From contig NC_042999.1 in NCBI RefSeq assembly GCF_006345805.1, forward strand, positions 153,698,001-153,762,000: DNA of 64,000 nucleotides, in the 5' to 3' direction. Both the position numbers and the translations under genes were made by a program. Positions 12,998 to 24,458 of the stretch are shown here, one piece after another. The DNA comes from Octopus sinensis (taxonomy: Eukaryota). Each line of letters begins with the position of its first letter. Positions within the stretch are counted from its first letter, which is position 1. The notes under the pieces were generated by a model. It saw only the letters and a program-made list of their open reading frames with translations, did no database searches and was not told where the DNA came from.

Positions 12998-13118
12998 CAT
13001 GTGGCATGTATCCACGGGTATGAGTAAGTGGACTCATAGGAGGAGAGTGAGAGTGAGAGAACGTCCACGATATTCCACGGGTATGAGTAAGTATCTCAAT
13101 TATTTCTTTTGCCACATG

Positions 13119-13176
13119 TATCACTGACGAAGAGAGCGCTCTTAGTAGCTAACTCTGAAATCGGCCCGATATCGTA
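13119..13176 (+). ncRNA. Type I hammerhead motif, inverted partner with one stem I mismatch
   Basis: TATCA-CTGACGA-AGAG...CTCT-GAAA-TCGGCCCGAT-A-TCGTA. Confidence 0.5.
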
Positions 13177-13444
13177 ATAATGGAATTTTTTAGAAATTTC
13201 TGTCGAAACTTTTTTCGAGTAGCGTGCGTATTGTGAAAAAATTATATGGTTAATGGACAATATGTCCAATTTTTCGGCATATTTGGCATTAGAATTCTTT
13301 TCCTTTGCCCTCATTTATGAATTGTTTATAAATTTAACCGTTAAAGGTATTTTTTAATATGCTGGCCATTGATAAAATTTTTTTCGAGAAAATATTTTTT
13401 TTCGAAAAGAATTTTATCCTCACATTTGATATATCTATATATAT

Positions 13445-13670
13445 ATAGTTAATCCAAACATGAAAGCACAAAAAAACACAACAACGCGAGGACATGGAAC
13501 AAGTATAGTATTATTGGACGCTCAGGAAAGAAGGAAAGAAGGAGGGTTTAACGTTTCGAGCGCAGCTCTTCGTCGGAAACATAGGAGAAGGAAAGATCCA
13601 GAGAAGGGAAGACAGAGGAAAAAAAAATCGCCAACAGTACACACGCGGTCATAAAATAGAGTACATTTAA
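13445..13670 (-). mobile_element. ~200-nt repeat with a minimal hammerhead at 13546-13580; related to 50030-50215 and 55270-55490
   Basis: GTTT-CCGACGA-A-GAGC-TGC-GCTC-GAAA-CG-TT-AAAC; downstream tcctgagcgtccaataatact is shared with the other copies; abuts (TA)n. Confidence 0.65.
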
Positions 13671-14832
13671 ACACAAGAGAATACTACCATTAATAGATAA
13701 TTTTTACACGCTAAAAGAAGAGCAAAACGACCAAAACCACATTTTAAGAGCAATTTTCGAAGGGAATGAAAAATAAAAACTTTTACCATGTTATTTTTTA
13801 TATATGTATGTATATATATATATATATATAGAAATTCGGGGTGAGTACTTGATAATTATAAGCACCTGTGTATACCGTTTGGTGGTGTAGGTGGTGGAGT
13901 AAAGACGTGAGTGCGTGATTCTTTACATACGTTCTTATATACATCCTTTAATATCTTATATCTAGACCTGGAAGCGTGGGCATACGCGTATGTGTATGTA
14001 AGGATGGGCGCACGTATGTACATATGGGTGTGTACACGTATAATGTCCGTGTATACATGCGGATATTCTGTTGTATGTATGTATATGTACGCGCGTGCGT
14101 GTGGGTGTGTGTGTGTTTATGTACATGTTTACACGTGAGTGCGTGTGTATGCTTATAGCCTTGGAGGCGTATATGTACGCGGGTATATGGGTGTATGTAT
14201 CCATGATGGTATGTATGTTCTAGATGACCAATTAATTCAAAGAACCAGATTAAACGCTCAACAGCTCTGATTTACAACACATTAGGTCCCCAGACGACAC
14301 TGTTGATTTATTGACACCCAAAACTTCTACAACTAAATTTTATCAATCTCCTGACCACCATGTTTGGTCCGTAACCTCTATATATCCCTTATCTCTATAT
14401 TTTTTTACATTTTTATCATGTTTATTCCTATTCTTATTTTTTTACTTTTTACTTTTATTTCTATTTCTATTTTTACTTTATAACCTTATGCCTTTACATT
14501 TATTTATATTTCTTTATATTTCTTTATATTCTTTATACCCCCTTTACATCTCCTTTATACTCTACATTTTTATATTTTCCTATACTTACACTTTTTATAC
14601 ATTTTTTATCCCTCGTCCTGAATTCTCGCCCCTCCATCTTCACGTCTATATATGTATTTATTTATTTACATTACTTCAACATCCAAATTTCCTCATTCTA
14701 CACTGAGAGAAGAAAGAGATGGACGCTTCAATTCTATGCTGCTGCCGCATTATGTCGTACGCGAATGAGAGGATTTGCATCCCCAACCAAGAATTTTTGA
14801 TGTAACACATGTCCTTGTGGAAGCTGTTGTGC

Positions 14833-14910
14833 GCGGCTGAAGAAGGCCACAGACATACATTATGCATTGTTATAAATCTGTCTAATAAAGGCCCGAAACA
14901 TATGTACCGC
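14833..14910 (+). ncRNA. Type I hammerhead motif with palindromic stem III
   Basis: GCGG-CTGAAGA-A-GGCC...GGCC-C-GAAA-CATATG-T-A-CCGC; GUA triplet. Confidence 0.65.
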
Positions 14911-14943
14911 TGAATCCTTCGCATCATGTTTTTATTTTGATCA

Positions 14944-14981
<38 letters not shown>

Positions 14982-15082
14982 GCATACACACATACCCTGT
15001 TAATGCTGGTTGAAACAAAGTTCTCATGCCATTTTGACACACACACACATATATATATATACAGAGAGAGAGAGAAAGAAAG

Positions 15083-15190
<108 letters not shown>

Positions 15191-15244
15191 GGATACATAT
15201 GTACTGGCATATACATATATGTCCTTTGTTTGTGGCTTAACAAG

Positions 15245-15420
15245 GTAACCAATGTTTTCATGTGAAGAGATCTTCACAATTGTTCAAGCGTACCACATGG
15301 AAGTGTTGGTATTCGTCTCTATTTCGGATGAGAATACACGAGGTCACACGACAGCTCGGGATTTCTGAATGCTGTGTATATCTCTCCTTGAAGGTGTTTC
15401 CCGTCATTCCAGTATATATA
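15245..15420 (-). pseudogene. Decayed PLE GIY-YIG endonuclease fragment
   Basis: IYTGMTGNTFKERYTQH resembles the YIG-x-T-xx-FKxRYxxH motif of PLE endonucleases. Confidence 0.6.
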
Positions 15421-15838
15421 CTTACATACATATGTGTGTGTACGTGTGTGTTTGTATACATCCATCAATTTTCTCCGCTCACTATTCCTGGGGGCTATCG
15501 TGGGGGCAGAGCGCTGAGAGGCGTCCTCCATAGGAGGAGAGTGAGAGTGAGAGAACGTCCACGATATGAAATCATATAAAATAAAAAGGAAAGGAATTTT
15601 ATTTTCATTTTTTTTTTACTTTTTAATTGTTTTATTTCATTACTAGAATACCCGAGCCGTAAATAACGTAACGAGCCTTAAATAATATCAATAAATTTAT
15701 TGATAATTACAACGTTTTGTCGTAGTATATATGAATATTCGATTTTTCCGTTTGGAATAAAATTGTACACGATGAAAGTTCTTATGAGGTTTGAAATAAA
15801 ACTGTCAAAATATCAAGAAAATTACAAAATTATATTTA

Positions 15839-16193
15839 CGAGGGGCGTTCAATAAGTAATGCCCCTGACCCACTTCCCATAGCAGTAGAGCAACGACACT
15901 TGGCACAGTTATTAGTCTTTTCCTACATAGGAACTACCCAGAGTTATGCATTTCTCCCATCGTTTGATACAGCTCTGGAGACCGTTTTTGTAGAAGACGT
16001 GACTTCAGAAATCAAGGCTGCATCATCTGGGAAACGCTTTCTTTTCAAAACCTGTAAATCAGAAACCACAATTAGTTCAGAGCTGTAATTCGCCACTTAA
16101 TCTATAGAGGTATAAATAAGTGCACATGCAAAATTTCAGCTAGATCAAACAACTGCAAGTGGGTCAGGGGCATTACTTATTGAACGCCCCTCG
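15839..16193. mobile_element. Mariner-type MITE, 355 bp
   Basis: Perfect 37-bp TIRs CGAGGGGCGTTCAATAAGTAATGCCCCTGACCCACTT (15839-15875 / 16157-16193); TA on both sides. Confidence 0.92.
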
Positions 16194-16519
16194 TATCTCT
16201 CCTCAGTTATTACAGGTTTAATTACTTTTAATATGTGCGACATATCGCTGTCAAGGATAAACTCGTTATTCTACATCATGTTATTTTCTACAATTAATGC
16301 ACTCCTCAATTTCACAAATATTGTTCAGTTATTCAGAACTTCCAAAATATATGCTTCTTCACATAAGAGTACATGACCTTACAAACAGGTTACGTACAAT
16401 TTTTTAAAGGCTTTCAAGGGACAACATTAAATTTATATAAAAGCTACACATTTACAACATATTCAACACATTCCGTACAAAAGCTACAAAAGTATGTAAT
16501 AAGAATTATTATTATTATC

Positions 16520-16990
16520 ATTGCCTTTGCACAGCTTTTAACGCTGGAGATATACTGCGGTGTTAGCTGTTCACTACCAGTGAACTAAGACAACACTTCT
16601 TATTTTTCGAGCACCTTTCGGAGTATTCGGGTGGTTCCAAGTAGTGCTGTTTTCTGCAAGTGTTCCACCCTTATTGCAGTCCCTATTTGTTCCACGTACT
16701 TCTCGAGATTTTTGCTCACTGTTCCCAGCTCTCCGACAATTATTGGTACTACTGCTACCTTTTTCATCGACCACAACTGCTTAACTTCTCAAGCTAACCT
16801 GTCATATCTCACGACTTTTCTTTTTTCCTTATCGCATACCTTGTTGTCAGCTGGGCATGCTATATCTATGATCCAGCATAGTTTGTTTTCTTTCTCAGTT
16901 AAGACTATGTCTGACTTCCTTTTCTCTATCTCATAGTCGCACTGAATCATAAAATCCAATAGGATCTTTGCATTTTTATTTTCGGGTTTG
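16520..16990 (-). mobile_element. Second R4/Dong-like LINE 3' fragment
   Basis: KILLDFMIQCDYEIEKRKSDIVL..KENKLCWIIDIACPADNKVCDKEK...VVPIIVGELGTV...LQKTALLGTTRILRKVLEK*; 3' end runs into a short (TAA)n. Confidence 0.85.
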
Positions 16991-17062
16991 TAGTCGTACC
17001 AAATTTTTCTCTGCTGTCAAGTCCATACTTGTTGCAAAGTGTCCAATATACACACACATGCA

Positions 17063-17093
<31 letters not shown>

Positions 17094-17343
17094 GCGCGCG
17101 CGTGTGTGTGTGTATCTGAACTGCTTGGCTATATTGTCATGGTGTCTCTTATATTCCTTCTATACTAGTGGCGTACATTGACTGGTAATATGCCATACGG
17201 TTTCACCATTTTGTTCACAGATTCTGCACTTATCACATTCTGATGTGTTGTCTATTCTGTATTTTATGTAGTTTGTTCTTAGTGCTTGCTCTTAGGCAGC
17301 ACATACACACACACACACACACACCACACACACACACACACAC

Positions 17344-17402
<59 letters not shown>

Positions 17403-18029
17403 TTGGGTTAATATATTAAAGTTTTTATGTTTTCTTGAGATGTTCGTTTGTCTGTCCATTTGGTGAATACAGTAGAACTTTTGCAATGAAAAGTATGTTT
17501 ACATTTTCAAATACTCAAGGAGAGTCAAAAAGAAAAGAAAACGCGTTGTAGATAGTAAAGTTTAAGATTTACTAAAAAATGGTCTTTTGTATGACTGCAC
17601 AGAAAGAAATGGAAGTATTCTTTTTTGTTGTTGATAGATTTATCTCTGGGCATAATTTTTTGTGGTGTTTTTAAACTTATGACTTGTTCACTCTGTCTGT
17701 GTTAGTCCGAAAAATAAAAAAAATTAGTTTGTTATATTTTGTTTTAGCCTCATTTGTGACACATGTTTTCATATGTTTGTATGTGTGTCCTGTAAATATC
17801 ACGTAGTCGTGTAAACATTGGGATGTATGTTTGGTCGTATGGGTATTAAAATGTATATATGATTGTGTAGACATTCGAGTGTATGCGTAACAATTCAATT
17901 TATGTACTTACTGTTTTGTTCCATTTCTATTTTATAATTTGCAAATTTTCTGGTGTTGATTTCGCGTGTGTTTCGCACATGTTTCACTGAGACATCGAGC
18001 ATAGGAGAAACTGTGCTTTGTATGGCAGT

Positions 18030-18332
18030 AAATTATGTGTGGGGCGCAGATGAACGAGGGACCAACAAAACTCTTTGTAGCCAAAGATGAACTGAAGACA
18101 AGAATTATGGCAGCATTCAGCAACTTAAACAAGGAGACCGTCCAAAAGAGTTACAGGGGATTCCGAAGTCGTCTGGAGGATGAGGTTGACGCCAATGGTT
18201 GAAACAAATTTACTCTTTAGCATTTCAAGATATTTTCATGTAACTGTAGTAAATATGTCTGTTAAATTGAGATGTTAGTGTTATTTTCATTTTTGTGTAA
18301 TTTAAACGACAATGTATTCACTACACCCTATA
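18030..18332 (+). mobile_element. Tc1/mariner-superfamily transposon 3' end
   Basis: NYVWGADERGTNKT...KDELKTRIMAAFSNLNKETVQKSYRGFRSRLEDEVDANG; ends ...CACCCTATA, resembling a CAGGGTG-type TIR plus TA. Confidence 0.75.
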
Positions 18333-18340
18333 CACACACG

Positions 18341-18414
<74 letters not shown>

Positions 18415-18534
18415 TTGATTAGATTTACCAATAAGATAAAAGGGAAAATGAATTTGATCATCGGAATTTATGGACATAAAAACATTAATTGGATATTATG
18501 AAACAAAGACAGCAGAATAAACTTTCGAATACAA

Positions 18535-18596
<62 letters not shown>

Positions 18597-18598
<2 letters not shown>

Positions 18599-19131
18599 GT
18601 GGCTCTCATGGCTTCTGATCTTAACTGATTGGAAGTGTTATCATGTACATTGTTTTGTCTTGGTATAAAAGATGGGCTACAGCAAATATTCTGCTCAATA
18701 CCACAGATTTGCTTGTCAGTTGTTTGACCTTAACCAGTTGAGCATGTCCCTTAGTGGCTGACGATATGTGCATATCTGATCACGAGCAGAAGTAGTGGGG
18801 GAGCATCATAGCCATGTGTTGAGAAGGATTCTTTGGGGTTTGAATAATTCACCTCTGGAAATATGGGTGGTTCTTTCAACATCCTTAAACAACCCTTATT
18901 CAGGGACCTTTTGAGCTAGATGGGCTACTCAACCTGAAAAAAATTCTAACTGGGCCCCACCTGCAAGGTCATGCACTGTTTATCTTGATATGAGATCACC
19001 ATGTCGCGCACATATGGTTGTGATGCATGTGCCTGGTGTGCCCTTATCAGACGGGTAGTCATGATGGGTATATTGGGCTTCGTATATTTTACCCCAGTGT
19101 CACTTTGATGGCATGAACTGCTCTCTCACTC
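18597..19131 (+). mobile_element. Repeat family D, longest copy, flanked by (AAT)n on both sides
   Basis: Homologous to 10290-10676 and 37808-38192; (AAT)n at ~18536-18596 and 19132-19262. Confidence 0.8.
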
Positions 19132-19205
<74 letters not shown>

Positions 19206-19224
19206 TAATAATAATAATAATATT

Positions 19225-19264
<40 letters not shown>

Positions 19265-19784
19265 GTCAGAACGATTCCAGGCAGTAATGAGAGCTCGTGT
19301 TGAATAATTTTCAAAGTCAATCACAAAAAGATCAACTTCTTGAAATGGTTAAGTTTTACTCACAAAAAACATATATGCAAATACACGTAGCGTATTATAT
19401 AAATTTATATTTTAAGGTAATAAATATTTTCCTTTCGAAAATTATTATTCTTTTCATCTTTTTGCATAAGCACCAAGTATTTGATTTTAAAAATTAAATC
19501 GTAGAGGATAACCATATCATCCATTTTTTAAAAATATTTCTATAATTTTGTTTCTTTCTGTCGTTTAGGAGATATTATCCGTAAAGAATAAAAGATGGAA
19601 ATCGGAAAATTTTCGGAATTTCGTTGTTTTTTCACCGAGTGCGTGGTGGATAGTGTTTTTATTTTTGTTTTTGTTTTTTCATAAAATTCTAAATGCAACT
19701 TTGAAAACCACATTTTTTTTCCGTTAAGAATATTAAGAGCATAATGAGGATGTAGCGCAGTATTTCGAGAAGTAAATAACTTGT

Positions 19785-19950
19785 GGGCGCAGGTATGGGT
19801 GTCTGGTGAAGAATTTCGCTTTACAACTCCGTGGTTCCGGGTTCAGTGGCTCTGCTCGTGACCTTGTGCAAGTGTCTTCCACTAGAGCGCCAACCAATGC
19901 CCTTCGAGTAGATTTCGTAGACGAAAACTGTGTGGAAGCTCGTCGGTTAT
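19785..19950 (+). mobile_element. SINE family A, 5' half
   Basis: gggcgcaggtatgggtgtctggtgaag...gtggttccgggttcagt...gcaagtgtcttc. Confidence 0.75.
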
Positions 19951-19958
19951 ATACACAC

Positions 19959-19998
<40 letters not shown>

Positions 19999-20186
19999 TA
20001 GTGAGTGGACAAACGGTATATCTACGGTGTATATGTGGCCTCCAAACTTGCCAGATTTGAACCCCCATGAATAACTACGAGTGGGGCGCTGTTTAAAGAG
20101 AGACTCTAATCGTCATCCTCATAATATCAGGGCTTCACTGAAGGCCGCCATTGTCCTGGTGATGTCAAAAATAAGGACCATATTGT

Positions 20187-20191
20187 GTCTG

Positions 20192-20281
<90 letters not shown>
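20187..20281. repeat. (TCTA)n array directly upstream of truncated Tx1 copy 1
   Basis: Pure TCTA repeat. Confidence 0.95.
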
Positions 20282-20284
20282 AAT

Positions 20285-22597
20285 GGCGTCTTGGCAGCTG
20301 TCTACTGCAACTGGCAGCAGAACGGGAGTATTCCTGCTTTTGTAAAGCGAGGAGCAGTGGCACTGATCAAGAAAGACCCAAACAAGGGGGACGCCATAGA
20401 TAATTTCAGGCCCATCACTCTGCTCAACGCAGATTTGAAAATTTTGGCCAAGGTGTTAGCCGAGAGGTTGGCGCTTGTCATCAAGAAACTAATCGACAAG
20501 GCGCAAACATGCGCCGTGCCGGGTAGAAGTATTCATGACAACCTCCACCTGATGCGCTACATCATAGACAGGGTAGTTAAAAATCCTGGCATGGGGGGGG
20601 CGCTGATCAATTTGGATCAATCAAAAGTCTTCGATAGGGTTAGACCATCACTACTTGAGGCTTGTCCTCAAAGCGGCTGGTTTCGGTCCAGTTTTCCGCG
20701 GTTGGATCGCTGCCTTATACAGCGGCATCCGCTCAGTAGTTCGCGTAAATGGTCATCTATCCAGACCTTTTAACATCATGCGTTCGGTTCGTCAGGGATG
20801 CCCCTCTCATCGCTGCTGTATGTACTGACTCTTGAGCCACTACTGCGGAAACTGGCGACTCTGATGGGCATCCCACGAGAGCTGGGATGCGGGAGGAGCG
20901 TGTCTGCATACGCGGATGACGTCACCGTCATAGTGTCGAGCTACGAGCACATCGAGCTGGTCGGCGAGACACTGAAAGAATACGAAGCGGTAACGGGAGC
21001 AAAAAATAACCGGGAAAAGTCAGTGGGCTTGCGGCTCGGCACCTGGAGAAGCAAGCCCATGCCGTCCAACAGCGTCTCCATCGTGGGACGCTGGACGGAC
21101 GGACCGGTTGAGTTGCTCGGGGTCTGGTTCGGTCCGACCTCCAAATGGAGAAGAACTGGGGCGAGATAACGACTAGGGTGGCTACTCTCACCCAGAAATG
21201 GACTGAGAGAAAGCTATCCCTAAAAGGTCGGGCGGAGGTGGCGAACGCGTACATCGCATCCGTCATCGAGTATCGTCTGACCGTCGTGCCTTGTCCCGAC
21301 CCTACCATCACCAAACTGGAACGCATACTCTTCGCTTTTGTGGAAGGAAACGTTCCGATGGTTAGGCGATCCATTTGCTGCCAACACCCGCTAAATGGAG
21401 GGCTGGGCATGCCGTGGTTGATGATGCGCAGACATGCGCTGAGACTGCGACATCTCCGGCGCTTCATAGACAACGGTGACACAGGGGTGGTCGCCTTTTG
21501 TGCGGCGCGCTTTCCCGCAGCTCGTCTCCTTGGACGAACTACAGTCATGGATCAAGCAGAGACCGAGGCTGGCGAATGGCACCGCGAGTGTCGCGTTGCT
21601 CTCAAGCAACTCTGCCGTCCGGGATCGAACTTGTGCGACTCCATCACAACAAAGGCATTCTATAGAGGATTAGTGGAGGGGAGGTGCGACGACGAACTTG
21701 GGAAGAGTCTGGCGTCGACGAGGAACACCTGACCCGCCTGTTCAGGACAACTTTCGGGCCGGGACCTATGAACAATCACCAAAGATCCCTGGCCTGGCAG
21801 TGCTATCGAGAAGCATTACCTGTTCGGGATAAGCTCTACAGACACGGTTCCAGACACACTGGACCGACTTGCCCGAGATGCGGTCAGAGCGACGAAATCG
21901 TTCTGCACGCACTCGTGCAATGTCCAACCATTTCCGACCTGTGGGCTTATGCCGAACGGCTGCTGTCACGTGTGGGACGAATCCGCCTATCGGCCGAGTC
22001 TATCGTGAGAGTTGCTCCGCCCCCTTCCCTCAACCGGAAGGCAAGGCAGTTTTCATCGTACTGGTGGCTATGGTGAAAGAATGTGTGTGTGGTGGACTCG
22101 AGCGAAAGGATTAGAGACAAACACTTACCTCTCTGGCCAATCGCTCATCAACTTTTTCAAGTACCACTTGAAAAGGAAGGTGAGAATGGAGAGGGAGGAG
22201 GAAGTTTTGTCTCGCGAAAGATTCAAAAAAAGATGGGTGAATGTTGCAAAGATGGTGCGTGCTGTAACGAAACCATTTTGAGCATGATTCTGTAGATCGT
22301 AAAAAAGAAAGAAAGAGAGCATTTTTGACCTCATGTGTTTATTTCCTCCTGACTGGGGTCCCGTGGTCTTTTCTGTAGGCTTTTCTTCCCACGGATGAAC
22401 CCAATCTTGTTATATCAATGTTTACACCATTATTTGTGATACACGATTTTCCTTTTTTTTTTTCCTTTTTCCCTCCTCTCGATCCCTTTTGATCGCAATC
22501 TTACATTTTTTATTTTTTTTCCACCCTCGAAAAGAAAAGCTCTGCATTTGTATTTGTCCCCTCTGTATTCAGCCCTGTGTGGCTAATAAAAGAAAGT
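20285..22597 (+). mobile_element. Tx1-type LINE copy 1, 5'-truncated within ORF2 (RT, C-terminal Zn motif, 3' UTR); frameshifted
   Basis: NFRPITLLNADLKILAKV, LDQSKVFDRV, SAYADDVTVIV, CPRCGQSDEIVLHALVQCP; AATAAA then (TCTA)n at 22598-22666. Confidence 0.95.
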
Positions 22598-22604
22598 TAT
22601 CTAA

Positions 22605-22665
<61 letters not shown>

Positions 22666-22667
22666 AA

Positions 22668-22770
22668 TCAACCGGAAGTTGGGCTGGCACTTCCGGTTGA
22701 CCACATTGAGTGACCACATTGCCGGAAGTGCCAGCCCTAATTGCGTGAAGTGCCAGCCCTAATTGCGTGC
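22668..22770. repeat. Palindromic, internally repeated segment; probable left end of the Merlin element
   Basis: AACCGGAAGT-tgggctggc-ACTTCCGGTT hairpin, gaccacattg x2, gaagtgccagccctaattgcgtg x2. No matching right end identified. Confidence 0.45.
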
Positions 22771-23039
22771 GCAGGCAGCGTGGAAAAGCCTTTCAAATTT
22801 GTGTATTCGCAGTGACTAGACGTACTCTTCCCTTTAACGAAAATATTATTTGAATTTATCTTTAATCTGGTCATTTTAATTTGCATGATGGCATCGTGTG
22901 TTATTCCGTGCGAGCTGAGTCTGTATGACGGGGTTTCGAGATTTCGGCATAACGATGAAACAGCATTAGAATTTTTCGGGAACATGGGGTGATACCAAGA
23001 AATGTGAATTGCCCGACGTGCAATTCACGTGTATTCTAC

Positions 23040-23830
23040 GAAATGGAACACATATATTTCGTTGCAGGAAAATGGTTCGCAGAAGAAGACAGAAGGCGAC
23101 AGAATGTGGTTTTTCTGTTTCCATATTTAAGAACACCTTTTTGAATCGGAGTAGATTAACCCCCTGGAAAATTCTTTTGTATGTAAACCATTTCTTAACA
23201 GAAGATTGGTCGCACCAAGCAGTTATTGAGAATTTAGATATATCGCTTGCTACGTCGGTTGATTGGAGGTCCTTCTGCTCTGAAGTCTGTCTTCATTGGG
23301 CCGCAAATTCCCAAACACCAATTGGGAGGGCCAGGAATAGAAGTAGAAATAGATGAGACAGTCTTGGTTAGGAGGAAATATAACAGGGGGAGACTTGTGA
23401 AAACTATTTGGCTATTTGGCGGAATCGAAAGAGATTCAAGAAAAATTTTTGATACCCCTGACATCAGAATGTGGTGAAATTCTAAGGCGAGATTCTTCCA
23501 CACTAATTCCATTAATTAGACGCCACATTAAACCTGGTTCAACTATATAGTGATTGTTGGCCCGTATATAATAGGTTAGATACATTAGGCTACACGCATT
23601 TTAAGATAAATCACAGCCAGAATTTTGTAGATCCAACAAACCCATCTATACATACACAGACAATAGAAAGATTTTGGGGGAGCTTAAAAAAAACGTCATA
23701 AGAGCAGGAATTAAATCGTGTTACTTAACAACAATATGAGCTACATACCAATTCATGCAAGCTTTCCGCCCTGCTCCCAAAAGGATTCATGAATTTTTAT
23801 TGCAAGCTGCGAATTTGTATCCTGGGCAAT
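23040..23830 (+). pseudogene. Merlin (IS1016/ISXO2-like) DDE transposase, frameshifted
   Basis: IGGPGIEVEIDETVLVRRKYNRGRLVKTIWLFGGIER, IRRHIKPGSTI.SDCW, INHSQNFVDPTNPSIHTQTIERFWGSLK. Confidence 0.9.
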
Positions 23831-24077
23831 AAAGATGTTCGACCAATTTCCACGTGGCTGCTGTAACAACTGACAACGTTAAAGAATTTGAAATAGAAGC
23901 GTGGTAGATTTGTTGAAAATAATCAGCAAATCTACCACGCATGTGGTAAGTACACATTATATTTTCCCAATATTATTGATTGTCACAGAATAATTATCAA
24001 TCGCAACTTCCAAAAATTCAAATTCCATTACTTCAGTTTTCACTTTTTGTTTGTAAAATAAAAAAAATAATATATAG

Positions 24078-24375
24078 ACTAGCAGTATCGCCCGCGCGTT
24101 GCTCGAGTTTGTAAGGGAAATAACTATAAAGCATTTTTAGCAAAAATATTGAAAAATATTGAAAATAGCAAAAAATTGAAATTCTCGACCCATGTCGAAT
24201 TTATCAATTTTTTTCAGAACTGGGGGAACTTTTCAAAATTTTCGCTGCGTTAGTTTTGAATTATGACATTGGGCTATGTGTGTGTCAAGTTTCATCAGAA
24301 TCGGTTGAAAGCCGTGGTCAGGGTGAGGGTACAACCTGACAGACACACAGAAAAACTGCCGTTTATATATAGAGA
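24078..24375 (+). mobile_element. Helitron/Helentron-like element, second copy
   Basis: Same ACTAGCAGTATCGCCC start and acagacacacag...tttatatatagagat end as 7733-8120. Confidence 0.6.
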
Positions 24376-24458
24376 TTTTTAGAGAGTTACTTCCCTTATG
24401 TCAACAATGCGTTTAAATGGTGTGAAAATTGATGGTAAATTTTTCTTTAAATCGTAGG

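Larger units (their letters stand above)
12855..13323. mobile_element. ~470-bp palindromic element with long inverted arms, each containing a hammerhead motif
   Basis: 12855-13006 is the reverse complement of 13109-13323 apart from a ~65-bp insert in the right arm; motifs at 12940-12997 (-) and 13119-13176 (+). Confidence 0.75.

Noticed and set aside
18756-18800. CTGACGA in family D as a ribozyme core
   Set aside because: No GAAA-stem III-UH arrangement in any of the three copies.
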